This document shows positions 39,041 to 48,743 of a stretch of 64,000 nt of DNA, in pieces. The position numbers and the translations under genes were made by a program. Position 1 is the stretch's first letter; each line of letters starts with the position of its first letter. Origin of the DNA: an uncultured delta proteobacterium (GTDB lineage: Bacteria; Myxococcota_A; Polyangia; Polyangiales; Polyangiaceae); the NCBI GenBank assembly GCA_963850305.1, contig CAWKKR010000008.1:896001-960000 (forward strand), written 5' to 3'. The notes below the pieces were generated by a model. It had not been told where the DNA came from. It worked only from the letters and a program-made list of their open reading frames with translations, and searched no databases.

Positions 39041-39952
39041 ATGCCGGACGGGACGGATACGGTCCTGCTCGCGCGCGGCGCGCGCATCGTCTCCGAAACG
39101 GAAGTGTTCGCCATCGGGCTCGAGGTCAGCACCAAGGGACGGCGCGTGGGGCTGGTCGGTGATTGGTCGCCGCTCGTACGCGTCCTCACGGGCGACGCCT
39201 GGGTGGCCTGCGGCTCGCTCACGCTGCTCGATCAGGCCGCGGAAACGGTGCTGCGCACCCGCCGCGTGGGCTTCGCGGGAGCACGCGCCTCGCTTCCAGG
39301 CAGATGGCGCACCGAGGAGTACCTCGCGACGAGCGGACGACTCGTGGGACTCGCACGGGGTGCCGCGGCGCGTACCGCGGACGAAGTATTCGAGACGCTC
39401 GGCCTGAATGTACTTCGCAAGCGGCGGCTCGACGGGCTGACCTCCGCCGAACGGCGCGCGCTCGTCATCGCTCACGGGACGGTGGGCGATCCGCCGTTGT
39501 TGTTCGTCGATGGAGCGTTTCAAGGGCTCTCGGACCGGGAGAAAACGTGGCTTGCCGAGGTCATCGACCACGCCTCCGAGCGTCGCGCACTCGTCTTCAC
39601 GACGGGTGAGCCGGCGCTGTGCGGTCCGGAAGCCGCGCTCCTCGCGCGAATGGACCACGTGGCCATCATGGCGCACGGTACTGTCGTCGCCTCGGGACCG
39701 CCGGAGGACATCCTGAAGAGCAGTCGAACGTGTGTCGTTCGCGCGACGCGCTCGCCGGCGGCCTTCGCCCTGGCGCTCGCCGAAAAAGGCGCCGAAGTGG
39801 TCTCGGTCGGCAAAAGCGACGCGACCGGCGAGGTCACGTTCGCGGTCGTCCTGCCGGAGGGCGGCACGCCGACCCTCATCGTGGAAGCGGCGCTCGCGAC
39901 CAGCGCTCCTTTGATCGAGATGCGCCCGATCGGATTCGAAATCCCGGATTAA
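39041..39952 (+). CDS. Degenerate ABC ATPase-like protein
   Basis: ABC-2-type layout but motifs are eroded: GLVGDWSP at Walker A, LTSAERR at the signature, LLFVDGAF at Walker B. Retains IMAHGTVVASG. Confidence 0.65.
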   Translation: MPDGTDTVLLARGARIVSETEVFAIGLEVSTKGRRVGLVGDWSPLVRVLTGDAWVACGSLTLLDQAAETVLRTRRVGFAGARASLPGRWRTEEYLATSGRLVGLARGAAARTADEVFETLGLNVLRKRRLDGLTSAERRALVIAHGTVGDPPLLFVDGAFQGLSDREKTWLAEVIDHASERRALVFTTGEPALCGPEAALLARMDHVAIMAHGTVVASGPPEDILKSSRTCVVRATRSPAAFALALAEKGAEVVSVGKSDATGEVTFAVVLPEGGTPTLIVEAALATSAPLIEMRPIGFEIPD

Positions 39953-40038
39953 TGGGCCGCAGACAGCCTGGACGCGCGATGCTCCCGGCGGAGGGCTATT
40001 GACTCCGTGCGCGCCGCGGCCGCAAATCCTTCATCCTC

Positions 40039-41130
40039 ATGCATCCTGCGCGAGCGGCGCTCTCCAAGGCGCACCGGATCGTCGTCAAGGTCGGCTCCCG
40101 TGCCATCGCGGCGCACCCAGACTTCGTCGCGGACCTGGCTGCGCAGGTTGCGCGGCAACACGGCGAAAAGCGCTCCTTCACCGTCGTCACTAGCGGCGCC
40201 ATCACGCTCGGGATGGGTCGGCTCGGTTACGGGCGCAAGCCGAAGGAAATACCCCGCCTCCAGGCGGCCGCAGCTGCTGGCCAGGGTGTCCTCATGCAGA
40301 GGTACGCCGAGGCGTTCGATGCGGTGGGCCTGGTCGCCGCCCAGGTGCTCATCACTCACGCGGATCTCGCCGATCGCGAGCGCGTGAACAACGCGCGCCA
40401 GGCGCTGGCCGCGCTCATCGAAGCGGGCGCCGTCCCCGTGATCAACGAAAACGACACGGTGTCGACGGACGAGATCCGATTCGGCGACAACGATCAGCTC
40501 GCCGCGATGGTGACACCGCTCGTCGGCGCGGAACTCCTGCTCCTGCTGACAGACGTCGACGGCGTGCTCGACGACAGGGGCGAACGCATCCCGCTCATGC
40601 ACGACGGTGCGAAGATCGGGAACGTCGCCAGCGGCGGACCCGGGACCGGAGGCATGGCGAGCAAGATGGACGCCGCGTTGAAGGCGAGCCGCTCCGGAGC
40701 AAGCGTGGTCATCGCGAATACGCTGCGATCGGACGTCATCGCGGACGCCATCGCCGGCAGGGACGTCGGGACGCTCTTCGCACCGCATCCCCGCGCACTT
40801 CGGGCCCGCCAGCACTGGATCATGTACACGCTCAGGCCGAAGGGCGAAGTCCTCGTCGATGACGGCGCCGCGAAGGCGCTCCGCGTGGGAAAGAGCAGCC
40901 TTTTACCGATCGGCGTGATCGGCGTACGCGGCGAGTTTCACGCGGGCGACCCCGTGTCGCTCGTCACTGGCGACCGCGAAGAGATCGGCCGCGGTCTCGC
41001 GCGCCTGACGTCAGCGGACGTCGCGAGGGCCGCGGGCAAGAAAGGCATCGAGCTCGACGAGGTCCTCGGCCGCGCGAGTCATGACGAAGTCGTCGTGCAT
41101 CGCGACGACCTCGTCGTACTCTCCTCGTGA
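40039..41130 (+). CDS. proB: Glutamate 5-kinase
   Basis: IVVKVGS, VTSGAI, AAAGQ, VPVINENDTV, FGDND, GTGGMASK and a C-terminal PUA domain. Confidence 0.95.
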   Translation: MHPARAALSKAHRIVVKVGSRAIAAHPDFVADLAAQVARQHGEKRSFTVVTSGAITLGMGRLGYGRKPKEIPRLQAAAAAGQGVLMQRYAEAFDAVGLVAAQVLITHADLADRERVNNARQALAALIEAGAVPVINENDTVSTDEIRFGDNDQLAAMVTPLVGAELLLLLTDVDGVLDDRGERIPLMHDGAKIGNVASGGPGTGGMASKMDAALKASRSGASVVIANTLRSDVIADAIAGRDVGTLFAPHPRALRARQHWIMYTLRPKGEVLVDDGAAKALRVGKSSLLPIGVIGVRGEFHAGDPVSLVTGDREEIGRGLARLTSADVARAAGKKGIELDEVLGRASHDEVVVHRDDLVVLSS

Positions 41131-41136
41131 ACCAAG

Positions 41137-41781
41137 ATGGGGAAGCTCATCCGACTGCTCCTCGTGATCGCGATCCCGCTCGGCGTCGTCATTGGCGCTC
41201 TGCGTCTGACGGCGATCCGGTGGTGGCAAATCCCCGACGACGACCCCGTGCTCGACGCTTCGCTTTCGCCGACGCTCCGCGGCGGTGACTGGGTGCTGCT
41301 CTGGCGTGCCACCGCGCCCAAGTTCGGAGCGCTAGTCATCTGCCCCGATCCCGAGGACGGCAGTCAGATCGTGATGGGGAGAATCGTCGGTGAGGCGGGA
41401 GACACGATCACGGTCGACGGCGCGACGGTCTTTTTGAACGGCCATGAAGCCGGAACGGAGACGGCGTGCGCGCCGCCCACCTTTCACGTCGCCGACCCGA
41501 ACACCGGCGGGGACGTCCAGCAGCATTGCGAGCTGGAGGGCATGGGCGGAGTGCTGCACATGCGGGGTGACCTGGTCGGTTCGGAGCAGGTCGACGTCAG
41601 GACCACCCGGACCGTCGGCGAAGGCAAGGTCTACTTGATCAGCGACAATCGACAATTTCCGTACGACTCGCGAAACTTCGGTTCCGTCGACCGTTCGACG
41701 TGCAAGGAGTCCGTCTTCTTCCGGCTCGTCGGAAAAACCGGGTTCATGGACGAGGATCAGCGGCTCAGCTACATCCGCTGA
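41137..41781 (+). CDS. lepB: Signal peptidase I-like (S26) protein
   Basis: One TM, ASLSPTL..GD, MGRIVGEAGD and SDNR...DSRNFG. The catalytic Lys appears to be replaced. Confidence 0.75.
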   Translation: MGKLIRLLLVIAIPLGVVIGALRLTAIRWWQIPDDDPVLDASLSPTLRGGDWVLLWRATAPKFGALVICPDPEDGSQIVMGRIVGEAGDTITVDGATVFLNGHEAGTETACAPPTFHVADPNTGGDVQQHCELEGMGGVLHMRGDLVGSEQVDVRTTRTVGEGKVYLISDNRQFPYDSRNFGSVDRSTCKESVFFRLVGKTGFMDEDQRLSYIR

Positions 41782-41856
41782 CCCGGCAGCCCGGGCGACG
41801 TTTTCGACCCCGCCACGCGCCGGAACCGGCGACGAGGTATATAAACGCCGCCGGAA

Positions 41857-42897
41857 ATGACGGTCGAACTCGGAGTCGTGTGCGGTCGGTGCGGTGGCTT
41901 TGCGGCCGCGGAGGCACCGCTCGATGCGTGCGCGAAATGCGGCGAAAGCATCGCGTGGCTCGACGAAGCACCCCGGATCACGACGAGTCGCGAGAGCCGC
42001 CGAGCCCCCCCTCCGGTAAAAACTGATTTTAATCCGGAAAGACCTGGGGAAAGCTCAAATGGAGTGCCTGGTTCGGTGCCGTCTGGCACCGGGCTCGGCG
42101 CCGCCCAGGAGAAACCGATGGACCAAGCGAAGTACTTCGTGTGCCCGTCTTGCATGACGCCAGTGCCGAGCGGGCACAAGTTCTGCGGACGTTGCGGCGC
42201 ACCGGTTCCGGAAGATGCTCTGCATCTCCGCACCGATTACTTCAGCGACATGCAGGATCCGGAGAAGGCGCGCCTAGTCCTGATCCGGGGTGATGGGATG
42301 GAGGGCCTCAGCTACCATCTGAAGGCGGATCAACACCTCGTGGGCCGACAGGGACAGCTGGAGTTCCCGGAAGATCCGTTCGTGTCTCCGCGCCACGCCA
42401 ACTTCTTCTACCGAGACGGACGGCTCGTCGTGCGGGACGAAGGTTCGCTGAACGGCGTGTACATCCGTGTTCGCGGGACGGTCGAGATCACCGCGGGTGA
42501 CACGTTCATGGCCGGAGAGCAGGTCTTTCGCCTCGACCCGACCCCCAAAGCATCGGACGGCCTCGACGCGGAGGGGACGTATTTCTATTCCTCACCGAAG
42601 TATCCAGCCGCGTATCGCATCAATCAGATGCTGGAAAGTGGCGCGCTCGGGATGACCATCTGTGCGCGGACCAACACGCTCGCCATCGGGCGCGAGGATG
42701 GCGATCTGAATTTCCCTGGCGACGTGTACATGTCGGCGAAGCACTGCAGTGTCGAGGAACGAGAGGGACACTACTACTTGACGGATCACGGCAGCCGGAA
42801 CGGCACGTACGTCCGACTCAAGGCCGACCGCGAGCTCTCTCACGGCGACTACGTGTTCATCGGGCGCAAGCTGCTCCGGGTCGAGCTCAACAACTAG
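41857..42897 (+). CDS. Zinc-ribbon plus tandem FHA domain protein
   Basis: Two CxxC...CxxC ribbons. FHA motifs GR..SPRHA..SLNG and GR..SAKH..SRNGT. Confidence 0.9.
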   Translation: MTVELGVVCGRCGGFAAAEAPLDACAKCGESIAWLDEAPRITTSRESRRAPPPVKTDFNPERPGESSNGVPGSVPSGTGLGAAQEKPMDQAKYFVCPSCMTPVPSGHKFCGRCGAPVPEDALHLRTDYFSDMQDPEKARLVLIRGDGMEGLSYHLKADQHLVGRQGQLEFPEDPFVSPRHANFFYRDGRLVVRDEGSLNGVYIRVRGTVEITAGDTFMAGEQVFRLDPTPKASDGLDAEGTYFYSSPKYPAAYRINQMLESGALGMTICARTNTLAIGREDGDLNFPGDVYMSAKHCSVEEREGHYYLTDHGSRNGTYVRLKADRELSHGDYVFIGRKLLRVELNN

Positions 42898-42925
42898 TCC
42901 CCTGAATCAAGGATTCAGGGACTAG
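42894..42925. terminator. Inverted repeat between convergent genes, probable bidirectional terminator
   Basis: CTAGTCCCCTGAATC-AAG-GATTCAGGGACTAG forms a 14-bp stem with a 1-nt bulge. Confidence 0.65.
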
Positions 42926-44406
42926 CCGGGAACGCCGGTCTCGCTGGGGCGCGGGGCGCGGCGCCTTCGCCTGCGGCGCTTTCGCGCGGCCGTCGTCGCG
43001 CCCTCCGGTGAGAGCGCCGCCGGCGTGGCCGCGCCGATCTCGTCCTCCGTGCGGGCGGCATGGCAGAGCGCGAGCACTTCCGACGCGCTCGGATAGATCG
43101 CCGTCTTCGTGAAGCGGCTCGCGCGACCGGCTTCGAGCCGCGGCAGGACCGCCACTATCCGACGCATGGCGTCCGCCACGCGCCGCGGAACGGCAAGACG
43201 CTCCACGATGGGCTCCAGGAAGTCGAACGCGGCGGCAACTCGATCGCGCGCGCCGTCACAGGCTTCACGGAGGGGCTCCAGCAGGAGCAGAGTCCAGAGC
43301 ACCACGTCTTCGAGCGGCTCTCGACGCTGCCGTGTCGTGCGATCGATGGCGTCCAGCAGTCGCCACACCGTTCGATTTTCGAGCGATGCGTCGGCAAGGT
43401 ACGCGGAGAGCTCCGGCAGGAGCACGTCCAGGACTCCGGTCTCCCAGCAGAGCCAGAAGCTCCGGTGCGCAGCGCCCCCGCGCATCAGTCGAAGAATCTC
43501 CTCGAATATCCGCGGCCGCGCCGCACGCGCGAGTCCGTCACGACAGACGACGATTGCGTCGAAGACCTCGGGGGCAATCGCCAGATCGAGCCGCGCGCTG
43601 AACTTGATCGCGCGCAGAATCCGGACGGGGTCTTCGCGGAAACGGACGATGGGGTCCCCGATCGTACGCACGACGCGCTCCTCGATGTCGGGCATGCCGC
43701 CAACCCAGTCGAGCACGGCGCGGCGTTCGAAGTCGTAAAAGAGCGCGTTGATGGTGAAATCGCGCCGGTTCGCGTCTTCGTGCGCGTCTCCGAAGACGTT
43801 GTCGTTCCGTATCAGGAGGTCGTCAGCCTCGCGGTCCTCCTCGGGCGTGCGTCGAAACGTGGCTGTCTCGATCACTTTCCCGCCGCCGAAGAGGACGTGT
43901 ACGAGACGAAACCGCCGACCGATGATCCGCGAATTGCGGAAGAGGTGCCGCACGTCGTCGGGACGCGCGCTCGTCGCGACGTCGAAATCCTTCGGGGCGC
44001 GGTCGAGCAAGAGGTCGCGGACGCAACCACCGACGAGGTACGCCTCGAACTGGTGACGAACGAGTCTGCGAACGACCTTCTCGGCGTCAGGGTCGATGCG
44101 GCCGTCATCCAGGTCGAACGGGTACGCATACGGTTCGCCGAGGACGGGCTCCTCCTCTTCCGTCATCTCGACCTCCAGCTCCCGCACTTCGACCTCCAGC
44201 GCGGGGGCGTCCGCTGTCGAGGGGGCACCGGACGCGGACCTCCCGCGGGAGGGGCGTTCACTCTTGGCGCGACTGCGCGGACGCGCAGGGGTTCCACCTT
44301 GAGCCGCCCGCGTCGTCACGGGCTCCACGACGTCGACCTCCGAGTCGAAATCCGGGGCGTTCGCGGGGTGCGGAGGTCTAGGAGTGGGGGTCGTGGTCCT
44401 GCCCAT
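42922..44406 (-). CDS. pcnB: Poly(A) polymerase I
   Basis: VGGCVRDLL, KDFD, the PAP-specific IIGRRFRLVHV, RRDFTINAL and EDPVRILRA. Confidence 0.92.
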   Translation of the reverse strand: MGRTTTPTPRPPHPANAPDFDSEVDVVEPVTTRAAQGGTPARPRSRAKSERPSRGRSASGAPSTADAPALEVEVRELEVEMTEEEEPVLGEPYAYPFDLDDGRIDPDAEKVVRRLVRHQFEAYLVGGCVRDLLLDRAPKDFDVATSARPDDVRHLFRNSRIIGRRFRLVHVLFGGGKVIETATFRRTPEEDREADDLLIRNDNVFGDAHEDANRRDFTINALFYDFERRAVLDWVGGMPDIEERVVRTIGDPIVRFREDPVRILRAIKFSARLDLAIAPEVFDAIVVCRDGLARAARPRIFEEILRLMRGGAAHRSFWLCWETGVLDVLLPELSAYLADASLENRTVWRLLDAIDRTTRQRREPLEDVVLWTLLLLEPLREACDGARDRVAAAFDFLEPIVERLAVPRRVADAMRRIVAVLPRLEAGRASRFTKTAIYPSASEVLALCHAARTEDEIGAATPAALSPEGATTAARKRRRRRRRAPRPSETGVPG

Positions 44407-44623
44407 CTCGACGTGAGGCGTCGCACACGCGAGAGGCGGACGCCAGGGATTTGGCGCTCCTGTGCTATTTAGCAGGCCGGCGCCGAACCGCCAGGGCCCG
44501 GACCGGACTCCTCTTCCGACCGTCTTCCGACGAGGGGGTCTCTCGAGACCCACTATCCTCGGCCTCGCACCCGCCCACGGGCGTTTACAGGCGGGGCCGC
44601 GCAGGCCGAGCTTAACGAGCGAC

Positions 44624-46060
44624 ATGAGCATTCTAATTGTCTCGCCCGACGCGGACGCGGCGCGGTCGCTGCACTCGGCGCTGGGCCGCAGAGGGGAGCG
44701 AAGCCGGTGGCTCGAGAGCGCCGAGGCGGCCCTCGGCGACACGCCGCTGGTGCTGGTCGTCGATCGCGCCGCGCCGCGGTTCCGTCAGCTCATCGATGAC
44801 GTCGCGCGGCGCACCCCCTGGGCGCGCATTTACGAAATGGACGCGGCCGATGCGAGAGCCGAACCCGATCCGGGCGTATTGACGAAACCGTTCGACGCGG
44901 GGGAGCTGGCGACGCTCCTCGTCCGCGAGCACGAGCTCGCCGAGCTCGACCGGCGCCGCGCCGCGCTGGAGGCGGAGGCCGGAGAACTGGCGCTCTTGGT
45001 CGAGGCAAGCTTCGAGGCCATCATCGGACTCGGGAAGGATGGGTCGATTCGATCCTGGAACCGGGGCGCCGCGTCCATTTACGGTTATGCGGCCGCCGAG
45101 ATGCTCGGTCGTCCCCTGGATGTGCTCGAAGTTTCGGCAGGAGCCGCCACGGCGCGGTTCATCGAGGCCCCTGAGGCCCCAGTCGAAGCCGTGAGGCGCC
45201 GCAAGGACGGCGAGGAAGTCCTGGTCCTGCTGTCCCTGTCTCCCGTGACGAACGGGACGCGCTTCGCGTTCGCCGAAACGTCGCTGGACATCACGGTGCG
45301 ACGAAAACTCGAGCGCGAGCTCGAACACGAGAAACGACTCTCCGCGATCGGTCGCATCGCGGCGGGAATGGCGCACGAGATCAACAATCCCCTCGTCGTG
45401 GTGCGCGCGGCAAACACGTACGTCGCGGAAATTGCCCGCGACACCGGAGACGAGCTGCTCATCGAGACGGTGGAAGACGTGCGCCTGGCCGTGGACCGCA
45501 TCTCGAGCTTCGTGAACCACGTCTGCGGTTTCGCACGACGGGATCGACCGAATCTCAGTGACTCCTCGGTTCGCGAGACGATGCGCATGGCGCTCAGGCT
45601 CGCGAAACCGCGTGCCGCCGAGCAGCGGGTAGACGTCACGCTCGAGGCTGGCATCGACGTCCGCCTGGCACACGACGCCGCGCGCATCTCCCAGGCGCTC
45701 CTGAATCTCGTCGCAAACGGCATCGACGCCGCCTCTGAAGGGCAGCGCCACGTCGTGATTCGACTCCTCCTCGACGGCTCTTCGGCTCGGATCCAGGTGG
45801 ACGACGATGGGCCCGGCATTGCGGAGTCCGTGCGCGACCGAGCCTTCGACCCCTTCACCACGACCAAGCCCCCGGGTCGCGGAACTGGGTTGGGACTCGC
45901 GATCGCACGTCAGATCATCGACGAGCACGGCGGAGCAGTGGTCCTTTCTCCACGGCCGAGCGCTCGAGGTACCCGGGCGGAGATTATCCTGCCGCTGGTC
46001 ACGAAGGCACCGAGCATGCGACCCCGCAGGAGCTCGCGACCACCCCCGACCATCGACTGA
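44624..46060 (+). CDS. PAS sensor histidine kinase with degenerate N-terminal receiver-like domain
   Basis: PAS (WNRGAASIYGY), AHEINNPL, NLVAN, DDGPG and FTTK..GTGLGL. Confidence 0.9.
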   Translation: MSILIVSPDADAARSLHSALGRRGERSRWLESAEAALGDTPLVLVVDRAAPRFRQLIDDVARRTPWARIYEMDAADARAEPDPGVLTKPFDAGELATLLVREHELAELDRRRAALEAEAGELALLVEASFEAIIGLGKDGSIRSWNRGAASIYGYAAAEMLGRPLDVLEVSAGAATARFIEAPEAPVEAVRRRKDGEEVLVLLSLSPVTNGTRFAFAETSLDITVRRKLERELEHEKRLSAIGRIAAGMAHEINNPLVVVRAANTYVAEIARDTGDELLIETVEDVRLAVDRISSFVNHVCGFARRDRPNLSDSSVRETMRMALRLAKPRAAEQRVDVTLEAGIDVRLAHDAARISQALLNLVANGIDAASEGQRHVVIRLLLDGSSARIQVDDDGPGIAESVRDRAFDPFTTTKPPGRGTGLGLAIARQIIDEHGGAVVLSPRPSARGTRAEIILPLVTKAPSMRPRRSSRPPPTID

Positions 46061-46073
46061 AGCTCAACGAGAC

Positions 46074-46571
46074 ATGCCGCCGGAGCCCCCGCCAGATTCG
46101 ATCGTCGTTCTCGGCTGTCGTGTGCGGGGCGATGGAGGTCTGCCGGACGCCGCGCGGCGTCGAGTAGACCGCGCCGCGCAGGCGTGGCTCGCATTGGGTC
46201 CGGTCCTCGTGATCGCGAGCGGAGGGCGGGTCTGGGACGGCAAATCCGAAGCGGACGCTTTCTCCGACGGGCTCGTCGATCTCGGGGTTCCCCGCGACCG
46301 GATCGTGCGGGAACTCTGCTCGCTCTCGACGCTCGAGAACGCGTTTTACACATCCGAGCTGCTGCGCGCGGCGGGTGCGCTTCGGCCGGGCGTCGTCACC
46401 TGCGAGTGGCACACGGACCGCGCCGTGGCGTGCTTCGAGCGCGCCGGGGTCCGCGCCGTGCCCCTCCCGGCGCGAGCTCCCGGAACAGGGCTGGTCCGCG
46501 CCGGACGGCAGTTCGCCGAGCAGACGCGCGCGCGCATCGATCTAGCCTTCGGCTGCTGGATATCACGGTGA
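46074..46571 (+). CDS. YdcF/DUF218 family protein
   Basis: IVVLG, SGG, SEA, SLSTLENA and VTCEWH. Confidence 0.85.
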   Translation: MPPEPPPDSIVVLGCRVRGDGGLPDAARRRVDRAAQAWLALGPVLVIASGGRVWDGKSEADAFSDGLVDLGVPRDRIVRELCSLSTLENAFYTSELLRAAGALRPGVVTCEWHTDRAVACFERAGVRAVPLPARAPGTGLVRAGRQFAEQTRARIDLAFGCWISR

Positions 46572-48727
46572 AGACACTCCCCAGCCTCGTGGTCATCGTG
46601 GCAACGCTGGTGGCCACCACGGCGTGCCGTCGAGAGCCCGGCACGTCGAAGAAACCGCTCGCCTCGGGGTCGTCACCGCGTCCTGCGGCGAACGAGTCCG
46701 TTCTGCTCGCCATCCGACGAGCCGAGTACTCGAGAAACGCCGGCGCGCTGCCCGCCACGGCGCTCACCGATCACGACTCAATCGTCCGGCGTGCCGCGGC
46801 TCGCGCACTGTCGCGAATCGCGGACGCCGAGTCCCGGGTCCGACTCGAACAGAGCCTCGAAGACGAGGATGCCGAAGTCGTGGCGTGGTCGGCGTATGGC
46901 CTGGGCGAGACCTGTACGAACCGCGAACCCGAGACGGTGCGCAGGCTCGTCACTCGCGCGGCGTCGCTTGCCACGGACCCGGGTGACTCCGTGCCATCAC
47001 CTTGGTCGGCGATCGCAGATGCGCTCGCGCGCTGTGGCACCCCACTCGGGGAACGGACGCTGTCTGCGTGGCTGGATGGCCTGCCGCTCCGCGCCAACCA
47101 AGCGGCGCTCGCGCTATCGCGATTGGCGACGCGCCGTCACAATCTCGACGATCGAACGATCGTGGCGCTCCTCGATGCCGCCAGCAGCCCCACCCCGCTC
47201 CCCGCGGCTCTCGCCGCATTCAGCCAGATCGAAGCGCTCTCCGGCGCAGCCCAGAAGCGGCTCGTCGACGTCGCGGAACAGGCGGTTCGCGGGGGAGGCG
47301 CCGCGCGCCAGTTCGCGATTCGCGCGCTCGCTTCGGCGGGCACACTGGGGTTCGATGCGCTGGCGAGCTGGGTCGGTGACGAGGGACTTTCCGCGACGGA
47401 CCGCGCCGCGGCAGCGACTACGCTGGGGCGATTCGGCTCGGATGCGCAGGACGTGCTCGCTTCCGTTCTGGTCAAGCTTCTGCCTCCGGACAGCATCGAT
47501 GAACGGTGGGTCGACGCCCACTTCGCGCCGGTCGCCGCGACCCTGGAAGCGCTCGTCGCGGCCTCCAAGACCGACCGAGACGCACTCGCGCGGCTCGCGG
47601 ATCTGGCGATCCCCGCGGACGCGACGCCAGGGTTCCGTCGTCGCTTCGTCGCGATTCGTTGCGACGCGGCGGTCGCCCTTGCCGGCGCAGCGAGCCACTC
47701 GAAGCGCCTGCTCGCCTGCGACCCGGAAGAGCACGGACGGGCAGGCGGGCTCGCGATGGTGCGTGTGCTCGACCGCGGCGCTCTGTCCGGCGCGCGCCTG
47801 GAGGAATGGAAGCGTCTCGCGAGCACGGGCGATCCCGCGGTGCGCCGGGCAGCGCTCTCGCTGCTGCCTCGACACATCGAGGCGCCGAAGGTGACGGACA
47901 CCCTGGTGAACGCGCTCGGCGCCTCGGCGCCGGGCCTCGTGGCCGAGGCCGCTCACGTCATCGCGAACGCACCGCGGTTCGGTCGCGAAGGTCCGGGTTC
48001 GAACAGCGGGGACGTGGCGGAGGACAAAGTCGACGCGACCCCCATTCCCGAGATCGTCGATGCGCTCGCGCACGCGCTGGATGCGGTGCGGCCACCCGAT
48101 CAGATCGAGTCGCGAGTGGCGCTCTCGGAGGCCGCGGCGGCACTCGACGTGCTGAGCTTGAAGCCGCGCGTGGAGCGCTATTGCACGAGCGAAAACATCA
48201 CCCTGAGGCGCGCGGCCGGGTCCTCGTTACGCGCCCTCGGTACGCCAAATGCGTCGTGTCCGGCACCAGGGAACATCGCCTCGCCGAAGATCGTCCCGGC
48301 CGAGCGGAAGCCCGTGACCCTGACGTTCGTGACGGACGCCGGTCGATTCGGCGTGACGCTCGAGCGGACGCTCGCGCCCCTCGCGGTCGACCGCATCGTG
48401 GACCTCGCACGAGCGGGCTTCTACGATGGTGTGACGATCCATCGTGGGAGCCCCGGGTTCGTCGTCCAGCTCGGCGACCGCGTGGGGGATGGGTCCGGAG
48501 GAGCCGGACGACCGCCGTTGCCGAGCGAGACGTCACCCGTGGAGTTCGGGGCATTTGCCGTTGGGCTCGCGCTCGCAGGGCGCGACACCGGCTCCAGCCA
48601 GATCTTCATCACGATGGCGGAGGAGCCGGCCCTCTACGGGGATTTTCCACTGATCGGGCGCGCCGGCCCGGAAAGTGCGAACGTCGTACCCGGCGACGTC
48701 ATTCGGAGCGTCGACGTCCGGGAATAG
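46568..48727 (+). CDS. Lipoprotein with HEAT repeats and C-terminal cyclophilin-type peptidyl-prolyl isomerase
   Basis: GTG start overlapping the upstream stop, lipobox ATTAC, VRRAAARAL-type repeats, FYDG..HR..FVVQLGD and GRDTGSSQIFIT. Confidence 0.85.
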   Translation: MKTLPSLVVIVATLVATTACRREPGTSKKPLASGSSPRPAANESVLLAIRRAEYSRNAGALPATALTDHDSIVRRAAARALSRIADAESRVRLEQSLEDEDAEVVAWSAYGLGETCTNREPETVRRLVTRAASLATDPGDSVPSPWSAIADALARCGTPLGERTLSAWLDGLPLRANQAALALSRLATRRHNLDDRTIVALLDAASSPTPLPAALAAFSQIEALSGAAQKRLVDVAEQAVRGGGAARQFAIRALASAGTLGFDALASWVGDEGLSATDRAAAATTLGRFGSDAQDVLASVLVKLLPPDSIDERWVDAHFAPVAATLEALVAASKTDRDALARLADLAIPADATPGFRRRFVAIRCDAAVALAGAASHSKRLLACDPEEHGRAGGLAMVRVLDRGALSGARLEEWKRLASTGDPAVRRAALSLLPRHIEAPKVTDTLVNALGASAPGLVAEAAHVIANAPRFGREGPGSNSGDVAEDKVDATPIPEIVDALAHALDAVRPPDQIESRVALSEAAAALDVLSLKPRVERYCTSENITLRRAAGSSLRALGTPNASCPAPGNIASPKIVPAERKPVTLTFVTDAGRFGVTLERTLAPLAVDRIVDLARAGFYDGVTIHRGSPGFVVQLGDRVGDGSGGAGRPPLPSETSPVEFGAFAVGLALAGRDTGSSQIFITMAEEPALYGDFPLIGRAGPESANVVPGDVIRSVDVRE

Positions 48728-48743
48728 CGGTACCCTTTCTCAC

